DNA from: Candidatus Cryosericum sp.
GTDB lineage: Bacteria; Caldisericota; Caldisericia; Cryosericales; Cryosericaceae
NCBI GenBank assembly: GCA_049699855.1
Contig: JBNAWM010000003.1
Coordinates: 1 to 46,045 of the forward strand
DNA: 46,045 nt
Direction of reading: 5' to 3'
The notes under the pieces are model-generated. The model did not search any database. It was not told the DNA's origin and saw only the letters and a list, made by a program, of their open reading frames with translations. Positions within the stretch are counted from its first letter, which is position 1; every line of letters begins with the position of its first letter. The position numbers were made by a program, and so were the translations under genes. Below, in pieces: positions 7,105 through 15,965 of this stretch.

Positions 7105-9156
7105 CTACCTTTCACGGCCGGTCGCGAACGGGATGTCCTTCGAGACAGGATGAGCGGCAGAATTTTGTGCCTCAGCAATCAGTTCTTCATCGCAAAGAGG
7201 GCAGAACGGGTGATTTCCGGCGATATACCCGTGTTTCGGGCAGATAGAGAACGTCGGCGTCAACGTGAAATAAGGAAGCCTGTAGCTACTTGTCACGGCT
7301 TGCACCAGCTGCTTTGCCTGGTCTGCACTCTCCAGCCGTTCGCCAAGGAAGAGGTGGAGCACGGTGCCCCCTGTGTACTTTGTCTGGATGGGATCCTGAA
7401 GATCAAGGGCTTCAAACGCATCGGTCGTATAGCCGACTGGCAACTGAGTTGAGTTGGTGTAGTATGGATCGGCACCGTCCCTGAACGCTCCCTCGTTTGC
7501 GACGAGAATGTCCGGGTAGAGCGCCTTGTCCTGCTTTGCGAGGACGTAGGTCGCCGACTCGGCCGGACTCGCTTCGAGATTGTAGAGCTGGCCGCTCTCA
7601 TGCTGGAACTGCTCCAGTCTGCTCAGCATGAAGTCCATGATCTCAAGGGCGAGCTGCTGTCCTTCGGGATCGGCAATCGTGACGCCTGCAAAGTTCAGCA
7701 GCAGCTCATTCATGCCATTGATGCCTATGGTGTTGAAATGGTTTGCCCAATACGTCCCGTTGCGCTCCTTGACACCGTCAAGGTAGTGACGCGAATAGGG
7801 ATAGAGGCCAGCCGCCGTAAGATTTTCAATGATTTTTCGCTTGATTTCCAGCGACGTTCGGGCGACATCCATGACATGGGAGAGACGTTCAAGCAATTCA
7901 CCTTTGCTGCGAGAGAGATAACCGATTCGTGGGAGGTCGATGGTGACAACGCCGATCGATCCAGTGAGCGGGTTTGCCGCGAACAGTCCGCCACCCCTCT
8001 TCTGCAATTCACGCGTGTCGAGCCGGAGGCGGCAGCACATGGAACGCGTGTCGTCCGGACTCATGTCGCTGTTCACGAAGTTGCTCCAATATGGAATGCC
8101 GAACTTGGCTGTCATCTCGAAGATGGGGTCATAGACGGGATTCGCCCAGTCAAAGTCTCTCGTGATGTTGTAGGTGGGGATGGGGAACGAAAAGACCCGT
8201 CCTTTTGAGTCACCTGCCAGCATGACCTCTGCAAAGGCTCTGTTGAACATGTCCATCTCGGGCTGGAATTCGGCGTATGTTTCGTCGATGGGCTGACCTC
8301 CAATGATCGCCTGTTCGCCTGCTGTGGCACCATGTGGTTTCAAGTCCAGCGTGATGTTGCTGAAGGGGGACTGGAATCCCGAGCGCGTTGGAACATTCAT
8401 GTTGAAGACAAACTCCTGAACAGCTTGCTTCACCTCATCATAGCGCAAGTGATCGTTGCGGATGAAGGGTGCGAGGTAGGTGTCGACGGAACTGAACGCC
8501 TGTGCTCCGGCTGCTTCACCCTGCATGGTGAAGATGAAGTTGACCATCTGCCCCAGGGCTGATCGGAAATGCTTGGCGGGTTTGCTCTCGACCTTGCCAT
8601 AGACGCCACCCAGTCCCCTGAGAAGGAGATCCTTGAGATCCCAGCCCACACAGTAGGCAGCCAGGTAGCCCAGGTCATGAATGTAGAGATCACCGCCCAC
8701 GTGCGCATCGCGAACCTCGGGGGGATACACCTCATTCAGCCAGTACCGGCTGACGACGCTGGTGGCCAGGTGCATGTTCAACCCTTGAAGGGAGTAACTG
8801 GTGTTGGAGTTCTCATTGACACGCCAGTCGAGTTTCTCCAGGTACTTCTGGATGGTTTCGCGCGGGTCAAGAAGCGTCTTCAGGTCACGCAGTTTGCGAT
8901 GCTGCTCGCGGTACAGGATGTACGCTTTGGCAGTCTTGTGATGGCGTGACTCCATGAGCGTCTGCTCAACCAGGTCCTGTATCTGCTCAACGGTCGCAAT
9001 GTCATCAGGAATCTGGGCAACAATGATGCGTGTGAGGCGGTCGGCCTCGGCTTCGTCGAACTCCTTTGTAGCTTTGCCTGCTTTCGCAATGGCTGCATGG
9101 ATTTTCGCCGGGTCAAACTCCACCTTCTCGCCTGTGCGCTTGATTACATATCGCAT
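7105..9156 (-). CDS. nrdD: Anaerobic (class III) ribonucleoside-triphosphate reductase, large fragment with ATP-cone, lacking the glycyl-radical loop
   Basis: VIKRTG ATP-cone, YIHDL, YCVGW, SMCCRL, TGSIGVVTI, YNLEASPAE, YTNST, YTGGTV and C-terminal CPKH...CPLC; no RVxGY motif. Confidence 0.93.
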   Translation of the reverse strand: MRYVIKRTGEKVEFDPAKIHAAIAKAGKATKEFDEAEADRLTRIIVAQIPDDIATVEQIQDLVEQTLMESRHHKTAKAYILYREQHRKLRDLKTLLDPRETIQKYLEKLDWRVNENSNTSYSLQGLNMHLATSVVSRYWLNEVYPPEVRDAHVGGDLYIHDLGYLAAYCVGWDLKDLLLRGLGGVYGKVESKPAKHFRSALGQMVNFIFTMQGEAAGAQAFSSVDTYLAPFIRNDHLRYDEVKQAVQEFVFNMNVPTRSGFQSPFSNITLDLKPHGATAGEQAIIGGQPIDETYAEFQPEMDMFNRAFAEVMLAGDSKGRVFSFPIPTYNITRDFDWANPVYDPIFEMTAKFGIPYWSNFVNSDMSPDDTRSMCCRLRLDTRELQKRGGGLFAANPLTGSIGVVTIDLPRIGYLSRSKGELLERLSHVMDVARTSLEIKRKIIENLTAAGLYPYSRHYLDGVKERNGTYWANHFNTIGINGMNELLLNFAGVTIADPEGQQLALEIMDFMLSRLEQFQHESGQLYNLEASPAESATYVLAKQDKALYPDILVANEGAFRDGADPYYTNSTQLPVGYTTDAFEALDLQDPIQTKYTGGTVLHLFLGERLESADQAKQLVQAVTSSYRLPYFTLTPTFSICPKHGYIAGNHPFCPLCDEELIAEAQNSAAHPVSKDIPFATGRER

Positions 9157-9240
9157 GTGTCGCCCCCTGATATCATCGATGGCCGTGAATTGTTCTGCAC
9201 AGGATACTCAGGCTCTGAGGCCTTCAACTGGCATGGATTC

Positions 9241-9268
9241 ATTTTAGGGCCGCCGGCAGGTGCGTCAA
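9241..9268 (-). promoter_or_regulatory. Putative nrdD promoter TTGACG-N16-TAAAAT
   Basis: Near-consensus hexamers 84 nt upstream of nrdD. Confidence 0.6.
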
Positions 9269-9348
9269 GTATTGTGAAGATGCGGTGCAGGGGCTTGACA
9301 AGGATTCATTTCTTCCATAGGGTTCAGTTCTTCCGGCGCACGAGATTT

Positions 9349-10884
9349 TTAGAACGTGATGGGCTGCTGCCGATTTGCCCTCTTTGCCCCGGTCTCGGCC
9401 CGCACTGCAGACAGAAGCTCCAAATAGGCTTCACGCGCGTGGCTCGCCTGCCCGAGGTCCACATCCTGCTTGGAGTAGCGGGCGACATAGAAGCCAGATG
9501 CGAGGCTTTCCAGGCACGATGAAACAACTTCGGAGCGTTGGCGCGTTCGGAGAACCAGCTCCTCCGGCGTTTCGCCTCGGGCAAGAGTGATGGCCATATC
9601 TTTGAGAGCAGCTACCCCCATGTAGAACAGGGCAATGACCGCCTCTCGAGGGTTGGCGGCCAGAGATGCTTCATCGAGTGACGCCACGCGGCGGATGGAT
9701 ACGGCTATTCGTTTGCGTTCCCGGGGATCCGGAATGTTGAGAAGGAAGCCGAAGCGCGTATCAAAAATCGCCTTCGAGAGGATAAGAGCTACGCTTATGA
9801 CAATAGCGAGAGTGGCGGCAGAGGCAGTGACAGCGCCGAGCACCTGAAGCCAGGATGGTACTGAGCGCGTTACCTCATGAAGCGCCTGACCGACAGCCGC
9901 AGGCTGCTGGGCTTTGGCGAGTCCACTGACAGCCGCCAGCTGTTGATAGAGCTTTATGAGCGCAGGCCCGTGCGGCAGCTGGAGGCTCGAAGCAATCAAG
10001 ACAGCGGCGACGACGGCGCCCAGAAGGAGGAGTGGGAGGGTCAGCATGCGCAGAACATGCGAGAGCGGGTTTCGGGTGATAAGGAGCAGCATGAGGAGTC
10101 CCACAAGCAGGGTCATCAATCCGAGAATCAGAGGCACTGCCAGTGGCGTCAGCACCCGGGTCAGCGTGTCGACCCACAAGTTGAACAAAGGTGCGGCATA
10201 GCGGATCAGCGGGGCTGGGCCTGTCTCGGGTGTGACCTCGGGGGTTTTCGGCCCGGAGGAAGGAGGCAGGTGAGCAGTGGGCGAGAAAGCATGCTGGACA
10301 GCCTCAGCAAGAGGTCCCTGTACTGGAGAACGGCCCACTGGCAAAATGCCCGCAGCGATCACCATGAACATGAGGATGGTGAGAAGAAGGATAAGAGGTC
10401 GCAGATTGTGTCGTTGCGGCGATTTCTGCCAGCTGGCAACAGCGGCTGTACCTGCAAGAACTGCGAGGGCTATGGGCACCGTCCAACCCTGGACTTCGCC
10501 CGTCACCGTGGAGACAATGGCGAACCAAACGATGAGTGAGGCGGAATAGCGTGGAAACCCACGCGATATGACAAGTGCGGACGTTCCCGCTGTCAGTCCA
10601 GCAAAGACAAGTGCCAGCGCCACCGTGGCCAGGACAACCTCGGTGTGTGGTGAGCGCAGGGTTGTGAGAAGAACAACAGTCAAGCCGGCGATCCCCAGTC
10701 CCCAGAGGAGCCAGGTCAGTCCAGGACGGCGCGCAGCAAGCGCCATTGCCAGCGCAACACACGGCAGGAGTGCGAAGGGCGCCGGCACGGCAGCACGGGC
10801 AAGCCACCAGGCAAGGAAGCCGGCCACAGCCGCCATCAGAAGCCGTTGGGCAGAATCGTCGGACCAACCGAGACGCTTCGTCAT
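9349..10884 (-). CDS. Polytopic membrane protein with C-terminal DUF4129-like domain (copy 3)
   Basis: Many TM segments; C-terminal RGETPEEL...FYVARYS. Confidence 0.75.
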   Translation of the reverse strand: MTKRLGWSDDSAQRLLMAAVAGFLAWWLARAAVPAPFALLPCVALAMALAARRPGLTWLLWGLGIAGLTVVLLTTLRSPHTEVVLATVALALVFAGLTAGTSALVISRGFPRYSASLIVWFAIVSTVTGEVQGWTVPIALAVLAGTAAVASWQKSPQRHNLRPLILLLTILMFMVIAAGILPVGRSPVQGPLAEAVQHAFSPTAHLPPSSGPKTPEVTPETGPAPLIRYAAPLFNLWVDTLTRVLTPLAVPLILGLMTLLVGLLMLLLITRNPLSHVLRMLTLPLLLLGAVVAAVLIASSLQLPHGPALIKLYQQLAAVSGLAKAQQPAAVGQALHEVTRSVPSWLQVLGAVTASAATLAIVISVALILSKAIFDTRFGFLLNIPDPRERKRIAVSIRRVASLDEASLAANPREAVIALFYMGVAALKDMAITLARGETPEELVLRTRQRSEVVSSCLESLASGFYVARYSKQDVDLGQASHAREAYLELLSAVRAETGAKRANRQQPITF

Positions 10885-10885
10885 T

Positions 10886-12124
10886 TCAGATCTCCGAAAG
10901 AGACTGCAAGGTGTCGTTGATCCCGATGATGGACAGATCTACGCCAGCCCCCCGCAGAACCTTTTGAACTGTTCTCAAACGATCTATCTGAGCGTAGTCC
11001 TGCATGAAATAGGGGGTCTCGTGCTCAGTGTAGTGACGGAAACTCCCCTGAGGAAACAGGGCGATCGACAACCTGGAGAACTGGGCGCGCATCCTGAGCA
11101 ATATCCCAATTTCCGCCTCAGTCATTTCCTGCTGGATGAGAAACAGCTGCGAACGCGGTGGAATAGCAAACCGCCTGCTTTGCAGGTAGTCCAGGAAAAT
11201 GGCTTTGTCCGGATCGGGTTCGAGGGCGGAACGCGCGCGCGCGAGTATTGAAAGGCATTTGACAAGATGTGCTCCGCCATTTCCAAAACCACTGCTGCTT
11301 TGTTCCTGGCCCAGCACAATAAGTCCAAAGGGGAGGTGAGCATCGTTGGCATAGTTGGCGATGGAGCCAGCGACCGTCGACAGATAGTCTTCGAATGCAT
11401 CGGTGTCGAAGATAGGAGTATGGCGCAGCGTCAGATTGAGGAGAATAACGATCGTTTTGGACGCGCTTGGGCTGAAGTCTTTGGCATACAGCGTTGACGC
11501 ATGGGCACTGGCCTTCCAGTGAATGCGGTTCATGGGATCGTTTGCATACGCATGGATCCCCGTCAACTGGCTTGTGTCATAATTGGGGGCGAAGCGCACG
11601 CGCTGTCCATCCAGAGGGGAGGTCAGGGCGATGCGCAGGCGCGGAAAGGAGAGCAGACGCGGAAAGGCGGTGACATACTCTGAACCGGGAAAAACGCGGC
11701 TGAGCGAGAAGACCCCAAAAATGTCTTCGACTGTCACTGTGGTGTCGCCCAGCCGGTATTCGCCGCGGCGATTGACCTCGAAAAAGATCGTCAAACCGCG
11801 CGGCGCAGGTCGCTCAAGTTTCCTGATGAGATAAGGGGGCAGATTCATGGCAAGGTGGTATCTCACCGGGTTCCACGAGCCGGTTTCGCCCAGGGTTATG
11901 TTTGCCATGTCGGGCTTTCCCATCATCACAAGTCGGTGTTTGAGCGTGACAGAGATGCTTGCCCGGTCCAGGGAGCGTACCAGGACGAGAGGCATCACCA
12001 GGCTGTACAGAAGAACTATGCAGGCCGCGAGAAAGAGCGCATTCCCTCCCATGATGAACCACAACAACGCCAGCACGGCTCCAAGAGCCACACCTCGAGA
12101 GGCAGTACGTGCGTACTGACTCAT
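10886..12124 (-). CDS. DUF58 (vWA-like) MoxR-associated protein (copy 3)
   Basis: RRGEY, DIFG, DPMNRIHWKASAH; two N-terminal TM segments; ATGA overlap with moxR. Confidence 0.85.
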   Translation of the reverse strand: MSQYARTASRGVALGAVLALLWFIMGGNALFLAACIVLLYSLVMPLVLVRSLDRASISVTLKHRLVMMGKPDMANITLGETGSWNPVRYHLAMNLPPYLIRKLERPAPRGLTIFFEVNRRGEYRLGDTTVTVEDIFGVFSLSRVFPGSEYVTAFPRLLSFPRLRIALTSPLDGQRVRFAPNYDTSQLTGIHAYANDPMNRIHWKASAHASTLYAKDFSPSASKTIVILLNLTLRHTPIFDTDAFEDYLSTVAGSIANYANDAHLPFGLIVLGQEQSSSGFGNGGAHLVKCLSILARARSALEPDPDKAIFLDYLQSRRFAIPPRSQLFLIQQEMTEAEIGILLRMRAQFSRLSIALFPQGSFRHYTEHETPYFMQDYAQIDRLRTVQKVLRGAGVDLSIIGINDTLQSLSEI

Positions 12125-13071
12125 TGCTTGCTGTAGTCTGCGAGTTTGGGGATCGGGACGTTCTTGAGAGTGGTGGTCACAACTTCAGTGGTCGTGACGC
12201 CACGCAGGCGTGCTTCGGCCTGAAGGATGAGACGGTGACCAGCGACAAAAGGAAAAACGGTTTTGATGTCGTCCGGAATGACAAAGCTGCGATTCTGGAG
12301 GTACGCATATGCTTTGCCGAGGCGCATGAGATCAATGCTGCCGCGTGGCGAAAGGCCAAGGTAGACAGTGTCATCATGCCGAGTCGCATCGACCAGCGAA
12401 ACGATATAGCTGATGAGTTCAGAGGCGATGAAGACCGTTTCGACCTCTTTCTGCATGGCGATCAGTTCTTCACGGGAAATGATCTGGACGTCATCACTGA
12501 TGATTCTTGAGCGTGCATAGAAACCGGTGACGATCTCCTCTTCCTTCTCCTTGCTCGGGTAGCCTATCGTGAGGCGTGTCATGAAGCGGTCCAGCTGGGC
12601 CTCGGGAAGTGGGAAGGTTCCTTCGTATTCGATCGGGTTCATCGTAGCCATGACAAAGAAAGGACGCTCGAGTTTCACGATGGTACCGTCGATCGTTACT
12701 TGATATTCAGCCATGGCCTCGAGAAGTGCAGACTGCGTCTTGGGCGTTCCGCGATTGATCTCGTCCGCCAGCAGGAGATTGGTGAAGATAGGCCCTCGCT
12801 TCAATCTGAACTCCTGCGTTTTCTGGTCATAAACAGACACTCCGGAAATGTCGGAGGGCAGGAGATCGGGGGTGAACTGAATGCGTTTGAATTCAAGTCC
12901 AAGAGACCTGGAGATGAGATTAGCCAGCGTCGTCTTGCCTAGACCCGGCACATCCTCGAGAAAGATGTGTCCGCCTGCCAGAACGGTGGAAAAGGCGATA
13001 TCGACGACGGTATTCTTCCCGACAAAGTACTGCTCGACGTACGTTATGGCCTTGTTCAAGTTTTCGTTCAT
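12121..13071 (-). CDS. moxR: MoxR-family AAA+ ATPase
   Basis: LEDVPGLGKT (Walker A), RIQFTPDLLPSD, LADEINR, ATMNPIEYEGTFPLPEAQLDRF, SPRG; GAGGGAG SD. Confidence 0.95.
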   Translation of the reverse strand: MNENLNKAITYVEQYFVGKNTVVDIAFSTVLAGGHIFLEDVPGLGKTTLANLISRSLGLEFKRIQFTPDLLPSDISGVSVYDQKTQEFRLKRGPIFTNLLLADEINRGTPKTQSALLEAMAEYQVTIDGTIVKLERPFFVMATMNPIEYEGTFPLPEAQLDRFMTRLTIGYPSKEKEEEIVTGFYARSRIISDDVQIISREELIAMQKEVETVFIASELISYIVSLVDATRHDDTVYLGLSPRGSIDLMRLGKAYAYLQNRSFVIPDDIKTVFPFVAGHRLILQAEARLRGVTTTEVVTTTLKNVPIPKLADYSKQ

Positions 13072-13107
13072 TGTCTGCTCCCTCTCTGATCTTCTACCGA
13101 CCTTACC

Positions 13108-13134
13108 ATTATAGGCCGGCTGGCTCAAAATCAA
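13108..13134 (-). promoter_or_regulatory. Possible internal moxR promoter (TTGATT-N15-TATAAT)
   Basis: Perfect -10 in the 59-nt gap upstream of moxR; -35 spacing is short. Confidence 0.4.
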
Positions 13135-14609
13135 TGCTGGCGGCGGGTCTGCCTCTGTGTCCGAGCCTTTTCACTGCGCAGGTTGCGAGCGCAGACCCTC
13201 AGCTCCTGAAGACTCTTCTTTGCCGTCAGGACATCTTCACCGCCAACACTCAAAGGCGTATACCTCGCTTTGACAAACAGATCTGCAAGTGTGTTCAGCT
13301 CGCTGGAGCATGCAGGCACCTCTGTGACAACACGCTGAGCGAATTCTGTAGCAGTCTCTCCGCGCCTCAGACGCGGACCAATTTGCGCAACGGTTTCAAC
13401 GCCGAGCGCAAAGAGCGCCGTGATGCTGGTTACTGGATCCTGAAGCAGCGATTCCTGATCCATGGAGACCAGGCCACGGATCGCTCTCATGGTCTTTTTG
13501 CGATCTGAGTGTTCGAGCAGGGACAAAAGAACTTCATGGCGAAACTCGAAGACCATATCTCGAATACTGGCCACGAGAGAGACAAGGAGAAGACTGGACC
13601 CGATCCAGTAGACTGCCGCTGCGATTGCCTCCAGCGTTGGTTTTACCTCTGTCTGTTTGTCGGGGAGGATTCGTTCGGTTCTCAGCAGATCGATGACGTC
13701 GTTGAAGTTGTCGATTCCCAGACGGCCGGCCTCACCAATGCTGTTCAATATCTGCGCAGTCTTGGTCCCTGTGTAGATAATGGTGAAGAGGAGGGCCGTT
13801 GTTACTAGGCTGATAGGGAAAATGAGGAGGCGAATGGTCTTGCGCCACGTGTTGTGGAGGACCGAAATGGAGAGGATCATTGCGGCCGCCAGCATGGCGC
13901 TCATGAAGGCCAGGGGAACGTACATGAAGCCGAATAGCTCCCAGAAGTGATCCTGCAGAATCCGGCGTAGAGTGAGAACGGGGGGAACGATGGAAACGCT
14001 CCCTGTCCCGGAAGGTACCGGCGTTGAAGAAGGCGTTCCCGGAACAAGCCAGACTGCTGCGGTGGGCAGCGTGGGAGCTCGCATGATGGGAGAGGCGACT
14101 GCTGCCGCAAACACGATGACGAGAATGACAAACCCTGGGATAAGACGCTTTAGAGCATTCGGGTCGAGGGTCGTCACGGCAGAAAGCATGGATGAAGCCA
14201 GCATGATCACCAGAACGACAGCGGGGATGAGAGGATCGGTATTGCCAAAGATGGCATAGCAGCAGGCAAGAATAGCTAAGCGAAGGAAGTGCACTGGCGA
14301 TTCCGCAGCAAGAACAAAGTTGCCAGCAAGCCAAAAGTACACTTCGAACAGCACTGCGAGCAGGAGAATCGCAATGAGCTCCTGCAGGGTGTGTCGGCTG
14401 GCGGTCAGAGCAAGATAGATGATGAGGAGGCATGTCTGGAGACCGTGATAGACTCGGAAGAGTCTTTGGTTGCGGTGTTGCAGGGCGATATTCAGGATGA
14501 CGAACGCGGCAATGCCAAACCACCAGGGAACGGCAAGCCGGGCAATCCAGTACGCCAGGAAACACGAAGCATTGGCAACAATCAGGCGGGCGAGACGCTG
14601 TGCATCCAT
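13131..14609 (-). CDS. Polytopic membrane protein with C-terminal DUF4129-like domain (copy 2)
   Basis: TM-rich; RRGETATEF...FVKARYT; paralogous to 9349 and 15966. Confidence 0.75.
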   Translation of the reverse strand: MDAQRLARLIVANASCFLAYWIARLAVPWWFGIAAFVILNIALQHRNQRLFRVYHGLQTCLLIIYLALTASRHTLQELIAILLLAVLFEVYFWLAGNFVLAAESPVHFLRLAILACCYAIFGNTDPLIPAVVLVIMLASSMLSAVTTLDPNALKRLIPGFVILVIVFAAAVASPIMRAPTLPTAAVWLVPGTPSSTPVPSGTGSVSIVPPVLTLRRILQDHFWELFGFMYVPLAFMSAMLAAAMILSISVLHNTWRKTIRLLIFPISLVTTALLFTIIYTGTKTAQILNSIGEAGRLGIDNFNDVIDLLRTERILPDKQTEVKPTLEAIAAAVYWIGSSLLLVSLVASIRDMVFEFRHEVLLSLLEHSDRKKTMRAIRGLVSMDQESLLQDPVTSITALFALGVETVAQIGPRLRRGETATEFAQRVVTEVPACSSELNTLADLFVKARYTPLSVGGEDVLTAKKSLQELRVCARNLRSEKARTQRQTRRQH

Positions 14610-14628
14610 GTGTTTACCTCCCCGTGCA

Positions 14629-15945
14629 TCATTGCCCCGTCAGAGGGTCATTGAGTCCAACAACAACCAGTTCGATCCTGTTTTCTTTCAGTCTATGCTG
14701 AAGCGAACGAAGATGCAACAACTCCGATGTATCCCTGAAGTAGCAGGGAGCTCGATGCTCGCCCGGCATGAGAAAGGAGCCTGCGGGGAACAAGATGAGA
14801 ACGATGCGTGAGAATCGGTCGCGCAGTTTGAGCAGGTGAACGATCTCGCTTTCGCTCGCCTCGTGCGCCAGGACGATGAGCTGAGATTGGGCAGGGATGG
14901 CACGAGTATTGCGGACGAGCCAGTTCGAGATGGGCTCTGATTCTTCACGCCGAGTGGGAGCCGCTCTCGCGATTCCTGCCAGGCAGCGATAAAGGTGCAT
15001 ACTGTCGCGGCCGGTATCGGTCCACTCCACCGCAGATCCAAGCGTTACCAGGCCAAACGGCAGCTTGTGGTCATGAACATAGCGGAGCATGCTTGCCGCA
15101 GCAGTAGAAAGGGTATTGTCCAGTGTCTCCAGCGGAAAGACCGTGTCATGACTGACCGAGTAGTCTACCATGAGGATAACCGTCTGGGATGCCGACGGGG
15201 TAAAATCTTTGACAACGAGGGTTCCGGTATGAGCACTGGCCTTCCAGTGAATGCGGTTCATAGACTCGCCGTCGTAGGGATGCGTTCCAGTAAGCTGGCT
15301 GGTATCGACATTGGGGGCGTAGCGAATGCGCTGGCCGTCAATGGGCGAGGTCAGGGCAATGTGCAGGGTTGAAAGTGGAATGGGGCGCGGCACAACGGTA
15401 AGCGTGAGCGAGGCGTCGAAAGTACGCTCGGTATGGAAAATGCGGAGCGGATCCTGGATGAGGATGCGGGCGGCACCCATGGCATATTGACCCTTGCGCG
15501 TTGCATCAAAGAAGACGACTGAGGCCCCGTCGCTTTCTCGGTGGTGGGGAACAACATACGAAGGGAATCGAGGTTCCACGGCAAGAAGCAAGGGGCTGTT
15601 CTGTCCATGCCCCGACACCAGGTAAGTGATGGCGTTTGGATCGGAGATTGCGGTGACACTGTGACGAAGGGTAGTCTTCATGACGATCCGGCGCTTTTCG
15701 AGAAGCATCATGCTGCACAGGAGGGTTGTATACAGGAGTGCCACGCAGCCTGCAACCACGAATGAAGGATTGTGAGACGTCGCGGCAATGAGAAGGATGA
15801 ACACGGAAGCGATGAAACCAGTTCTGCCGGTCGAAAGGAGCGCATAGAGGAAAGAATGACGATTCGCTGGTTCTGCCTCTTCCTGCGACAGGCGCCCTGC
15901 TGGTCGGTGACTTCCAAGTGTCTCCACGGTGCCTCGCTGCCGCAC
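14629..15945 (-). CDS. DUF58 protein (copy 2; start uncertain)
   Basis: RKGQY, DPL, ESMNRIHWKASAH and DYSVS (MIDAS-like) motifs. Confidence 0.82.
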   Translation of the reverse strand: MRQRGTVETLGSHRPAGRLSQEEAEPANRHSFLYALLSTGRTGFIASVFILLIAATSHNPSFVVAGCVALLYTTLLCSMMLLEKRRIVMKTTLRHSVTAISDPNAITYLVSGHGQNSPLLLAVEPRFPSYVVPHHRESDGASVVFFDATRKGQYAMGAARILIQDPLRIFHTERTFDASLTLTVVPRPIPLSTLHIALTSPIDGQRIRYAPNVDTSQLTGTHPYDGESMNRIHWKASAHTGTLVVKDFTPSASQTVILMVDYSVSHDTVFPLETLDNTLSTAAASMLRYVHDHKLPFGLVTLGSAVEWTDTGRDSMHLYRCLAGIARAAPTRREESEPISNWLVRNTRAIPAQSQLIVLAHEASESEIVHLLKLRDRFSRIVLILFPAGSFLMPGEHRAPCYFRDTSELLHLRSLQHRLKENRIELVVVGLNDPLTGQ

Positions 15946-15965
15946 GCATGGTGCGGTGCCTGCGG

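Noticed and set aside
7105..9156. nrdD as a truncated pseudogene
   Set aside because: All core motifs are intact, and the missing domain and nrdG are present as intact genes
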